Shown here piece after piece: positions 26,690 to 38,387 of a stretch of 64,000 bases of DNA. Below the pieces are notes generated by a model. That model was not told the origin of the DNA, ran no database searches, and saw only the letters and a program-made list of their open reading frames with translations. Position 1 is the first letter of the stretch, and the number at the start of each line of letters is the position of its first letter. Source of the stretch: Mobula hypostoma (taxonomy: Eukaryota); the NCBI RefSeq assembly GCF_963921235.1, contig NC_086108.1, positions 62,002,001 through 62,066,000 of the forward strand, in the 5' to 3' direction. The translations under genes were made by a program, and so were the position numbers.

Positions 26690-27477
26690 GTCTACTGTAT
26701 ACTGGATTTAATGGGAGTTGTGGTCAGTAAGTTCACAGATGGCACTGAGTCACAGATTAGCAGTGTCGCTGATGGTGAGAAAAGGAGCCACTGGCTACGG
26801 AGGAATATTGGTAAGTTGGTAAGAGGAGTGAAAAAGTAGCACATGAAACTTCATCTTCAAAAATGCAAATGTTGCATTTTGGAAGGATTTATAAGGATAG
26901 AATAAACACACTAAATGATATGGACCTTGGGAACACTGAGGTAGCAGGCAACCTTTGTGTTTGTGGCCATGAAATCCTGAATGCAGAACACAGGCAGGTA
27001 AGATATTTAGGGAGGCATACACGACGTTTGCTTTTACTAGCCAGGACATGGAATACAAGAGCAAGGGGGTTCTGGTACAACAATTTAAAATATAAGTTAG
27101 ACTACAGCTGGAGTATTGTGTGCTGCTTTGGTCATCAGACAATAGGAAGGATGTGATTGCACTGGAGAGGTTGCAGAAGAGGCTCATTGGGATTTTGCCT
27201 GGGATGGAATGGTATGGAATAGTCTGTCATTGTTATTTGAAATGGAGAAGGATAAACAGGATATCGATCTGTTGCGGATGGAACAATGGCAGATAGTCTT
27301 TAACCTGGCACAGGTGAGATGGAAAAATGGCAGATAGTCTTTAACCTGGCACAGGTGAGATGCTGCACTTTGCAATGGCAAATATAGGGGAAGGTCCATA
27401 GTAAATAGCAGGACCATTAAGAATTATAATGTACATCTTGGGGTCCAAGTCCATTACTTTCGAAAAGTGGCAAGAGT
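26690..27477 (+). mobile_element. Degenerate CR1 fragments (continue at about 29962-30880 after the PLE)
   Basis: SKFTDGT and LEYCVLLWS-like remnants. The sequence resumes at 29962 with RRFTRMLPGLE..IEVYKII. Confidence 0.72.
27277..27358. repeat. 41-bp tandem duplication (1 mismatch) in a CR1 remnant
   Basis: gatggaa[c/a]aatggcagatagtctttaacctggcacaggtga x2, bounded by GATG microhomology. Confidence 0.9.
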
Positions 27478-27488
27478 AGTATTGGTTT

Positions 27489-29950
27489 CAAGCAACACAC
27501 ATAAAAGTTGCTGGTAAACACAGCAGGCCAGGCAGCATCTATAGGAGGAGGTACAGTCGACGTTTCGGGCCGAGACCCTTCGTCAGGACTAACTGAAGGG
27601 AGAGCTAGTAAGAGATTTGAAAGTGGGAGGGGGAGGGGGAGATCCAAAATGATAGGAGAAGACAGGAGGGGGAGGGATGGAGCCAAGAGCTGGACAGTTG
27701 ATTGGCAAAAGGGATATGAGAGGATCATGGGACAGGAGGCCCAGGGAGAAGGAAAGGGGGAGGGGAGAAGACCAGAGGATGGGCAAGGAGTATAGTGAGA
27801 GGGACAGAGGGAGAAAAAGGAGAGAAAAAGAATATATATATATAATAAATAAATAAATAACGGATGGGGTACGAGGGGTAGGTGGGGCACTAACGGAAGT
27901 TAGGGAAGTCAATGTTCATGCCATCAGGTTGGAGGCTACCCAGACAGAATATAAGGTGTTGTTCCTCCAACCTGAGTGCGGCTTCATCTTGACAGTAGAG
28001 GAGGCCGTGGATAGACATCTCAGAATGGGAATGGGATGTGGAATTAAAATGTGTGGCCACTGGGAGATCCTGCTTTTTCTGGTGGACAGAGCATAGGTGT
28101 TCAGTGAAATGGTCTCCCAGTCTGCGTCGGGTCTCGCCAATATATAGAAGGCCACATCGGGAGCACCGGACACAGTATATCACCCCAGCCGACTCACAGG
28201 TGAAGTGTCGCCTCACCTGGAAGGACTGTCTGGGGCCCTGAATGGTGGTAAGGGAGGAAGTGTAAGGGCATGTGGAGCACTTGTTCCGCTTACAAGGATA
28301 AGTGCCTGGAGGGAGATCAGTGGGGAGGGATGGGGGGAGGAATGGACAAGGGAGTCGCGTAGGGAATGATCCCTGCGGAAAGCAGAGGGGGTGGGAGGGA
28401 AAGATGTGCTTGGTGGTGGGATCCCATTGGAGGTGGCGGAAGTTACGGAGAATTATATGTTGAACCCGGAGGCTGATGGAGTAGTAGGTGAGGACAAGGG
28501 GAACCCTATTCCTAGTGGGGTGCCAGGAGGATGGGGTGAGAGCAGATCTGCGTGAAATAGGAGAGATGCGTTTGAGAGCAGAGTTGATGGTGGAGGAAGG
28601 GAAGCCCCTTTCTATAAAAAAGGAGGACATCTCCTTCGTCCTGGAATGAAAAACCTCATCCTGAGAGCAAATGCGGTGGAGATGGAGGAATTGCGAGAAG
28701 GGGATGGCATTTTTGCAAGAGACAGGGTGAGAAGAGGAATAGTCCAGATAGCTGTGAGGGTCCGTAGGCTTATAGTAGACATCAGTAGATAAGCTGTCTC
28801 CAGAGATGGAGACAGAAAGATCTAGAAAGGGGACGGAGGTGTTGGAAATGGACCAGGTAAACTTGAGGGCAGGGTGAAAGTTGGAGGCAAAGTTAATGAA
28901 GTCAATGAGCTCAGCATGAGTGCAGGAAGCAGCACCAATGCAGTTGTCGATGTAGTGAAGGAAAAGTGGGGGACAGTTACCAGTATAGTTTTGGAACATA
29001 AATTGTTCCACAAAGTCAACAAAAAGGCAGGCATAGCTGGAACCCATACGGGTGCCTATGGCTACACCTTAGTTTGGAGGAAGTGGGAGGAGCCAAAGGA
29101 GAAATTATTAAGAGTAAGGACTAATTCCGCTAGACGGAGCAGAGTGGTGGTAGAGGGGAACTGGTTAGGTTTAGAATCCAAAAAGAAGTGGAGAGCTTTG
29201 AGATCTTCCTGATGAGGGATGGAAGTATATAGTGACTGGACATCCATGGTGAAAATAAAGCAATGGGGGCCAGGGAACTTAAAATCATCGAAAAATTTCA
29301 AAGCGTGAGAAGTGTCATAAACATAGGTAGGAAGGGATTGAACAAGGGGGGATAAAACAGTGTTGAGGTATACAGAAACGAATTCGGTGGGGCAGGAGCA
29401 AGCTGAGACAATGGGTCTACCTGGACAGGCGGGTTTGTGGATCTTGGGTAGGAGGTAGAAACGGGAAGTGCGAGGTGTGGGAACTATAAAGTTGGTAGCA
29501 GTGGCTGTGAGATCCCCTGAGCGGATAAAGTTGGTGATAGTATGGGAGACAAGGACCTGGTGCTCCTTAGCGGGGTCATGATCGAGGGGTCACTAAGAGG
29601 AGGTATCCGTGAGTTGACGCTGTGCCTCGGCAAGGTAGAGGTCAGTACACCAGACTACAACAGCACCCCCCTTATTGTTGGGTTTTATAGTAAGGTTAGG
29701 ATTAGTGCGGAGGGAGTGGAGAGCACAGCGTTTGGAAGGAGTGAGGTTGGAATGGGAACAAGGTGCGGTGAAGTCGAGCCGGTTGATGTCCCGTCGGCAG
29801 TTCGCAATAAAGAGATCCAGAGCAGGCATAAGACCAGAGCAGGGTGTCCATGAAGAGGAGGAGGGTTGAAGATGGGAGAAGGGGTCCTTGGTGGGGGTGG
29901 GAGAGTCCTTGCCGAAGAAGTAGGCTCAAAGACGGAGCTGGTGGAAAAAG
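27489..29950 (-). mobile_element. Penelope-like element (RT + GIY-YIG), 5'-truncated, disrupted
   Basis: 11-bp TSD AGTATTGGTTT (27478-27488, 29951-29961). ORF pieces carry TMDVQSLYTSIP, HYIDNC (YIDD-derived), YYKPTD and VIYCVRCSRCGLLYIGET..RL..HFTEH (GIY-YIG). Inserted in a CR1 remnant. Confidence 0.94.
27554..27591 (-). ncRNA. Minimal type I hammerhead ribozyme in the PLE 3' repeat
   Basis: Minus strand UAGUC-CUGACGA-A-GGGU(CUCG)GCCC-GAAAC-GUC-GACUG. It has the complete CUGANGA/GAAA core, a GUC cleavage triplet, stems I and II, and a vestigial palindromic stem III (ACGU). Confidence 0.85.
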
Positions 29951-32900
29951 AGTATTGGTTTGATTGGTTGGTAAAAAGGTGAATGGAATACTTGCCTTCA
30001 TTGGTAATGGTGTTGAGTATGAAAGTCAGAAAGTTACGTTTTGTATTGTGTTTAGTTCTGTTTACATTACAGGAAGGATATGGCTGCTTTGGGAATGATC
30101 AGAGAAGGTTCACCAGGATGTTGCCTGGATTAGAGATTATTAGCTATAAAGAGAGTGGATTTTTTTCTTTGGAGTGTCAGAGGATAGAAGTTTATAAAAT
30201 TATCAGAGTCATAGACAGGATAGATAATCTTGGTCCCAGGGTAGAAATGTCAAATACTGAAGGCGTTGCTTTAAGGTGAGGGGGGAAAAGTTCAAGAGGA
30301 TGTGTGGGGTGAAGTGTTTTTTTTTACACAGTAGCAAGTGCGTGGAAAGTACTACCAGGATGGTGGTAGGAATAGACATGATAGTGGCATTTATGAAGAA
30401 TTCAGGCAAACACATACAGTTCATAGGGTGTGTGTGGGGTGGGTGGGGGGGGCATTGGGGATGTGGATCACGTATAGGTAGGTGAGATTAGTTTCAGTTG
30501 ACATCATGGTTGACACAGTCAATGTGGGCTCAAAGGGTTGTTCCTGTGCTGCACTGTTTGAAGTTCTATGGGTGACTGGATGGACATGTGTGTATTATGA
30601 GGTATTCAGATAGGGTATAAACAAAGGTAAAGGTTTGAGGCAAGGGAAAAGAAATCTTACACCCCAAGGATGATTGAAATCTGGAATGAACTGCCTGTGG
30701 CAATGGAGACAAGCAATTTCATAACATTAAAATAAAAGGTATTTAAATAAATGTTTGAAATGCCGAAGCAGAAAAGTTTCTGGGTCAAGTGCTGGAAACT
30801 GGGATGAGTACAGATAGGCGTAGGATTGCCAGCACAGACACGGTGGGTTGAGGGGGCTGCTTCTGTGCTCTGTGACTCTAATTTTGATGACCTGATGCTC
30901 TCACCCTTTTTCATGGCATCAGATGGCATTCTTCTGCTTTACGTTTCTGAACGAACTCCCAATTACAACAGATGAATTCAATTTTAGTGGCAACATTGCT
31001 GCTATATGAAACAAATTTTGCAATCTAAACCACATTTATATTTCTCCTGAAATTTATCTGAAGTACATTAATATAAGGCTTAATACAATCATGCAATAAC
31101 CATTGCAGTAGCTTTGAAGCCAGAACTCAAACAAAGGTCTTCTCCCAATGGGCTACTTTACCCTGATTCATTTTTATCATTTTATCACTTCAGCAACTTT
31201 TATACAGCACAGCCATTTCCATCCCAGAACATTAAAAAAACAGTAGACCAATATGCCACAGCCCTAACTCAGCAATCTTTGTCACTGTGCCTCTGAGCAG
31301 ATTAGCTTCAGCTCATAGCTTCTCAGTTAAAGGAAGATCATGAAAATGTACTTGAAGTGCCTGTGCTGAAGGCAGATTAGGCTGATTTTTAATTCTCTTA
31401 AAATCCAAGTGTTCCCTTCAGCATCAAAGCTTTCATATGTTGCATTCAAAGGTCTCATTTCAGGCTTGCAGGTTTTGTCACTGATCTCTATTAGATCTGT
31501 CACATCATCCCCTGCAGAGGTGTCAACAGCTGGAACTCGCCATGCGCTTTTCTTTCACGTAATTGGTGGGCAAGTGAGCCACAATTTTTGTCCCATGTTG
31601 GTAACCGCATTGCCTCACTCGGAGGAAGTTAAATTCAACCTTCTGCAAAAGGCAGACACAAGTGTTCTTTTTTCATATATGATTTCGTAAACATTTTGTA
31701 AACATGGAGGGGAGCTGAGACTTCTCCATCTGTTCTCATTTTCAACTTGGTGGTAGTTTTTAAGTCTAATTTCATTTCAATGATAGCACAATGCCAATCA
31801 GAGGGTTAAATATCACTGTACATATCTAATCCACTGAATGAAGCCTGTCTTCAGACTTTACATGATTATGAAATAATTTGATATCTAATATTAATGAAAA
31901 TAAAGACAAATTAATTATCTAAGGGTTACTATCATTCTAAGTAGCAGTTATTGTGTTAACTAAATTATACACATGCCTCTAATATTTAGAATTGCACAGG
32001 AGTTTTAAGTCATGGGTGGGCCATTTTACAATTGTGTAATATGAATAATACGCTTACAAAATATACATATTTCCCATCAGGCCTTCTATAACATTTGATC
32101 ATAGATTAGGTGAGTGCTTATGTTTAGATTTAATATTTATATCACAAGATTAAAGTGGTAATCTTTAGAGTTTGATATGCAGGAGCCATGAGACTTTCGT
32201 GCATTCACAAAAAGGTTGTAAGTCTTAAGACTGGGGGGAAACATTTCAGATTTAGATCCATCTATTCATCATATGTACATCAAAACATAGAAACATAGAA
32301 AATAGGTGCAGGAGTAGGCCATTCGGCCCTTCAGTAAAAAAACCTACAGTAAAATGCACTGTTTACGTTGGCAGCCAACACAACCCAAGGATGTGCTGGG
32401 GTAGCCTGCAAGTGTCATCACACATCCTGATGCCAACATAGCAGGCCCACAATGTTCAACAGAACAGCACAAGCAACAAAATGACAACAATCCAGACTGT
32501 CAGACATTGGGCCTTCAATCTCCAGTCCCTGGCCAGATTTGCAGGCTTGCAGATATCGTGCTTCCGATTTTTTTGACACAGGGCTTCAATGTTTGGACTT
32601 TCAAACTTTGGTCTTCAACCTCCGATATTGACCCAGAACTTGGCAATCACAGGACTTTGACTTCGGAGCCTCAAACTCTGGACGTGCACGGACCTCCAAG
32701 CCTGGGAATGACCAACCTGGAGTTCACCAGTCCTCATCCTTGGAGCCTGCCAACAATGGTCCTTGACCACAAGAATCGCTGATCTTCATCCTCAGCAGCA
32801 GCCAACTCTACCCCCCGGCAATTTCAGCCCTTCCACTACTGAGACCTAGACTCTGACCACTGGCTACTGTCCCTGACCTCCAACTCCTCCTAAACCCTAA

Positions 32901-33793
32901 CCTGATCCTCTAACTCCCCTGGCTGTCCTCAAAACAATCCTTGTAACCAAAAAAACCAACTGTCTTTGGCAAGATCTCAATGAGCATCACAGCTCAGTGC
33001 CACTCTATAATTCACTACATTGTATATTATTACTATATATCCTTCTTTTCTATTGCTTTCATCACTTTCTTTCCTGTTACAGCATCCTTTCTTCTTTTTC
33101 AATTTTGCTAAGCTCTCAGGAACATATGATAGTGTAGCAACCATGCCTCTGTAGTGGCTATTAAATGCAGATACAGTTCTATTTGACCCATTAATTCATC
33201 CTGTTATGAATATTGCATACATAATCCCTTGCCTTTTCCTTTTTAAAATAATTTTTCCTGCTCTGACTCTAATTGCGGGCATACTTTTAACCGTTTTCTA
33301 AGGTAAAGAAACCCACCCTGCTCCCAACCCTGGTGACTGGAATCCAGTCTCCCATGGTATACAAAATTGTTTTGCATTTCCAGTATCTACTGCTTTTAGT
33401 TTTCAAAAAGCCAAAAAAAGACATCCTGCCTCACTATTGGTTCTAGTGAGTACAATTGGCATTTATGTTTTGATTGTGTGGGTTCTAAAATATTGTCAAT
33501 GGTAATTTGGTCCCAAGCTTTTTAGAAAATTATCCTCCAGCAGAAATTAATTTTAAAATGAAGCTCCTTTCAGTTCTCTGCATTACCTTCAGTGCATTTG
33601 CAGCTAAACTTGGTCCAGCTGAAGTTTCAACAGTTCAAGGAAATTACTGGAAGAAAGTGGTGTAAGAGTTGAGGGGAGTGACAAAGCTACATGGTCACAG
33701 TAGATAAATGTTGTAAGTTTTAGCCAGATGGAGTTGCAGGTTCCATAAACTTGCAATGATATGCAAAATCTACAATCAGATCTGAAATCCTGA

Positions 33794-33926
33794 GACACGA
33801 GGAAATTTGCAGATGCTGGAAATTCGTCCTGACGAAGGGTCTCGGCCCGAAATGTCAACTGTACGTCTTCCTATAGATGCTGCCTGGCCTGCTGCGTTCA
33901 CCAGCATTTTTTGTGTGTGTTGCTTG
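33794..33926 (+). mobile_element. 133-bp Penelope mini-insertion containing a hammerhead motif (33826-33860)
   Basis: Near-identical to the reverse complement of 27489-27590 (GTCCTGACGAAGGGTCTCGGCCCGAAATGTC...GTGTGTTGCTTG). Flanked by AAATCCTGA / AAATTCTGA. Confidence 0.85.
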
Positions 33927-35024
33927 AAATTCTGACGGCCTTATTTTTGAGCAAAGTGTGATGCAGAGGACAATGTGAAAATTGATGAAATTCAATTGAA
34001 AGAAAATTCTGAAACAATTAAAAATATCTTTAGTATTCAGTTATTTCATCAACAGCACCCATATTTTTACAGTGGACATCCACAAAAAACAATTTCAAAA
34101 CAATTAAATGGTATATCAAACCGGTTTGCATCTGATAAGAGTATACCCTCCTTGGGCCAGTTATGTTGCTAGTCATTTATTTCCCTGTCCTACTTGTTTT
34201 ATTACAGTTTCTCAGCTGAAATCTGCCCTAATCGCATTGGCAGTTCTACCTCACCTCTTGTCTGGATTTTGGTGACTGTGTGCAAAATCTGGAAGAGGCT
34301 AGGAGGCTCGGATGTAATTGGGAGAAAGAAACTGCATGAATCCTTTGTTATAGTTTCTTTGGACCATCTTTAATATGATTGTTAATTGTAGCTGCATTTT
34401 ATATCATTGTTATGTATACACATAATAATAATGGCAATACTTATATTATTATTGCTGTGGAGCATTTGCATTATAACTGGTAGTTATTATCAATAGCCAA
34501 TAAGAACATGATAGAAAAGGTCTGCTAAATCCTAGAAGCTATAGCTCAGATGCTTAGAAGAAGCCAAGGAACACACGTAGGTCGAAGACAGCCAGGGTAA
34601 AATATAAATCAATAACTTGGTGTTTAAATGCTGCTGCAGTAGCTACTTTAAATGTTCCAAGAGTTAGTACTATCTGTGGGACCTCATGGCAACTATGAAA
34701 CAGCAATGGGAGTAAAACATAAATCAGGTAGAATGAAAATTAACACAAATTCATAAATGGAATCTCTGGACATGCCATAAAATATGGGCTAAGAACAATT
34801 TCTGATGCGTGTTTCTACCTCACACTCCCACTACACAATAATTGGACAGAGGCACTCTTGAAAAATATTCACACTACATTGGATTTAATTGTTTAGGTTC
34901 ATAACTTTAGACTCCAATCCTAAGTAATCCTACCCCACAAATCCTGTACACTTGTGTCTGAAAATAGAACTGGTAACTAATAATACTACTTAACAAGTTT
35001 ACCATTTCCACATTTCCTTAAGAT

Positions 35025-35345
35025 ATAGAAGGACATCTTTCAGCCCATCAAGTCTATGCCAGTTTACAGAGCAATGCCATTGACCCATTTTCGGTGTAAC
35101 TTATTCTCCACACTTGCTCATCAATTCTCTTCAGATTCTATCATTCGTCTATACAATATGGGCGCTCTACAGTGGCCAGATAACCTGTCAACAGCATGCC
35201 TCTGTGATGCAAAAGGAAACTGGAGCACCAGGAGAAACCCATGCAGACACAGCGAGTACATGCAAACTCCACGCAGACAGCACCAGAGTTCTGGATCATA
35301 TATGGGTTGCTGCAACAGATCTGCCAGCAGTGCCACAATGCCACA
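35025..35345 (-). mobile_element. V-SINE
   Basis: ggaaactggagcaccaggagaaacccatgcagacacag..tgcaaactccac is the reverse complement of the V domain. Confidence 0.75.
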
Positions 35346-36174
35346 CAAACAAAAAAAAAACACTTTCTTGGTACATCAGGATTTATTTTCAATGAAAATA
35401 CTGAAACAACTACATCAGTGAGTTATCAATCAAATCTAAAGGTAGACTGATCAGGTATGAACTGGAAAATAACCAACGTATTGGTGATTTTGCAGCATGA
35501 AATATGCAATTTCACATTGCTGAAATCTTTTTCAATGCAGGGTTGGCACATGCTCTAAATATATTACTTAAACAACTTGTGTTTCTTTGAATGTACAAGG
35601 CCTGTATGATGTGTATAAAAATGGAAGAGACTGATTATTCATAAAAATAATTTTATGCATACAAATTTCATCAAATGCACTGTAATTAATAAAACCTATT
35701 TTATACACATTATCTAGTTCCCTACCGAGTGAAGGAATTATTAGCCCTGCACTTAGAATGGGACTGAGAGATTCTCATGGATTACAATGCTGAAGAAAAT
35801 CAAAAGCTGTTTCCCCATTAACAGAGAAACCTTCCACCTAAGTATCAGGATGGGATAAGAGAAATTAAATTCTAAAAGTAATACAATACCAGAGTTAAAA
35901 AACAAAATCACTGCAAATTTCAAGTACATGTTAGCAGTTTCTACCTACATTTGATTACAACAATGGCTGTCAATACCAGTCTCACATGTTCCTGGTGATA
36001 TTAATTCTCTTGCAGCTTTTCTGCTCAAGGCTAAATTGCCGTGTTCCGCGCCATCCCCTTCACTTGTTATCCTCCCCTTCGCCCCAATCACTTGCTTTTC
36101 CTAAATAGATTATTTTACCTTTCAATTCACATACTTTGCTTAACAAATCACTCATATCTCACTGTATTCAATTA

Positions 36175-36870
36175 GCCATGAATCACAAAAGGTTGGTTTG
36201 CAGGTGCAGCAGGCTATCAAGAAGGCAAATGGGATGTTGGCCTTCATTGCTAGAGGGATTGAATTTAAGATCAGGGAGGTTATGCTGTAACTGTACAGGG
36301 TACTGGTGAGGCTGCACCTGGAGTACTGCCTGTAGTTCTGGTCTTCTTACTTGAGGAAGGATATATTGACTTTGGAGGCAGTGCAGAGGAGGTTCACCAG
36401 GTTGATTCTAGAGATGATGGGGTTAGACTATGAGGAGAGATTGATTCACCTGGACCTGTACTCACTGGAATTCAGAAGAATGAGAATTCTTAAAGAAACA
36501 TATAAAATTATGAAAAGAGGTAGATAAGATGGAGGCAGTAAAGTTGTTTCCACTGATAGGTGAGACTAGAACTAGGAAATATAGCCTCAAGATTCAGGGA
36601 AGTAGATTTAGGACAGAGATGAAGAGGAACTGCTTTTCCCAGACGGTGCTGAATCTGTGGAATTCTCTGCCTAATGAAGCGGTGGAGGCTACCTCAGTAA
36701 ATATATTTAAGACAATGTTGGATAGATTTTTGCATAGTAGGCAAATTAAGGATTATGGGGAAAAGACAGGTAGGTGGAGACGAGTCCATGGCCAGATCAG
36801 CCATGATCTTATTGAATGGCGGAGCAGGCTCGACGGGCCAGATGACCTACTCCTGCTCCTACTACTTATG
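36175..36870 (+). mobile_element. CR1 3' fragment
   Basis: LFPLIGETRTRKYSLKI..FSQTVLNLWNSLP remnant followed by a CR1 3' UTR. Confidence 0.88.
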
Positions 36871-37219
36871 CTACCTCAAACAGGATTCACCAACTAGAGA
36901 GCTGCTGCTGCCAAGGTAAATTTTTGTGCAACAGGGACTCCAAGGAACATAATTACAAATTAACATTCCACTGGGGACTGTTGCAAACTGGATTGTTCCT
37001 TGTAACAGACTTCCCAACTTATTTGTTTGGAACAAAATGAAACCATACCTAATTAAAGAAATAATCACTGAACAACTGGAAGCGCCGCCAAAATTTAGGA
37101 AAATACAGAAATATCTCTTTAGAGACAACTGCATCTCATACTATTTCTGTTTCCCACTGTCCAGTTAAATTAAAAACACAAATTGCTAATTTGCACGGTA
37201 CCAAATACAGTTCAATATG

Positions 37220-37225
37220 TTTATT
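37220..37225 (-). terminator. Candidate poly(A) signal AATAAA overlapping the OMA1 stop codon
   Basis: Minus strand reads CAG AAA TAA AC. A UG/U-rich tract (TTTGTGTTTTT, 37172-37182) lies about 38 nt downstream. Confidence 0.45.
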
Positions 37226-37490
37226 TCTGAGAGTCTGCTGTGCTTTGGAGTGCTTGTAGTGTAATTACTGCAGGTATCCTCTGCATTACAACTGGGCCGA
37301 TCTCTTGCTGCTGAGGTGGATGTTCAGCTCCAGAAACTGTGCACATCGGTTCAATTCCAGAATCTGTGCACGTCGGTTCTTCCCATTTCTTCAAGCGCTT
37401 CATCACTTCCTCCATACTAAGCTTGAAAACTAATCGTGGGTCTATGCTCGGCAATGAAGTGCACCCACACTCGTCCCGTAGTTTGATAGC
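37221..37490 (-). CDS. OMA1: OMA1 last coding exon (89 aa + TAA)
   Basis: Pyrimidine-rich acceptor ttttttcgttgttgcag|GCT; translates AIKLRDECGCTSLPSIDPRLVFKLS...QK*. It resembles OMA1 [25 protein letters not shown] and joins in frame with the 60858-61007 exon. Confidence 0.93.
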   Translation of the reverse strand, partial: AIKLRDECGCTSLPSIDPRLVFKLSMEEVMKRLKKWEEPTCTDSGIEPMCTVSGAEHPPQQQEIGPVVMQRIPAVITLQALQSTADSQK

Positions 37491-38387
37491 CTGCAACAAC
37501 GAAAAAGCAGTATTTAGGTATCACCTTATGAAAAGATGCAGCATCCTCTGTCTACATCTGATTCTCCATCCATGACAAGTTCGATCCAGAGGTGTTAAAT
37601 GGTTGGTCTAAGACAATCACCAACTTGACCACAAGACAGTTCTTTCAGTTTATATCCTAATTTCTACTCTAATTAAACTTCTACCTTTTCTTTCAGAGTT
37701 AGGCAATTCTTTGTGTTTCAATAAGCACCAAACAGGCATCAAATGATATCAGCATTCCATTTAGCTTTACTGCCCAATTAGGGCGCCCCAAAAGATTCCC
37801 CACTGGGTCCTGGCATTCCTTCATTCATCCATTTTACAAAACACATACTAATCATATTTTCTCTTCACATCCCCATTTATTTCCACCTAATTATTTTTTT
37901 GCCTTTTTAATCTGTCTATTGCTTTGGAGTGCTGTAGGGAAACCAAGCTACAAAAAAGGGAAGTGGGAAATCCTTTCTATTCAAAGACGTGCTGTCAGTG
38001 GTTAATGCGAGCCAATGTTTCGACTCCATTTTTAATGCAGTTTTTCATGGACCAACTTCCTATATTGTAAATGTTTACTGTGGGCTTTACTGAACATGTG
38101 ACCATTTTCCCTCCCGACATGCAGGTGTTACTCTGAGAACTCTTACAAATATTACTATCATATTGACAGTTTGCTTGGACTCAGTGGGCAATCCTTTGCG
38201 GGCTCCCTGACTGAGCAGTAGATCGGTTCCTGGAAATAAGAATGAAATCCGGGAGGGACTTCCGGGTCATCAAGGGAATGGCGGCGTAAGGAAAAGGTCT
38301 CTCGACAAAAAAGAAGGTAAACTGCCCCAAAATCGAATTTAGACAAATACTTAATATTGCATAACTATATTAATAAAAGGGGCAAGG

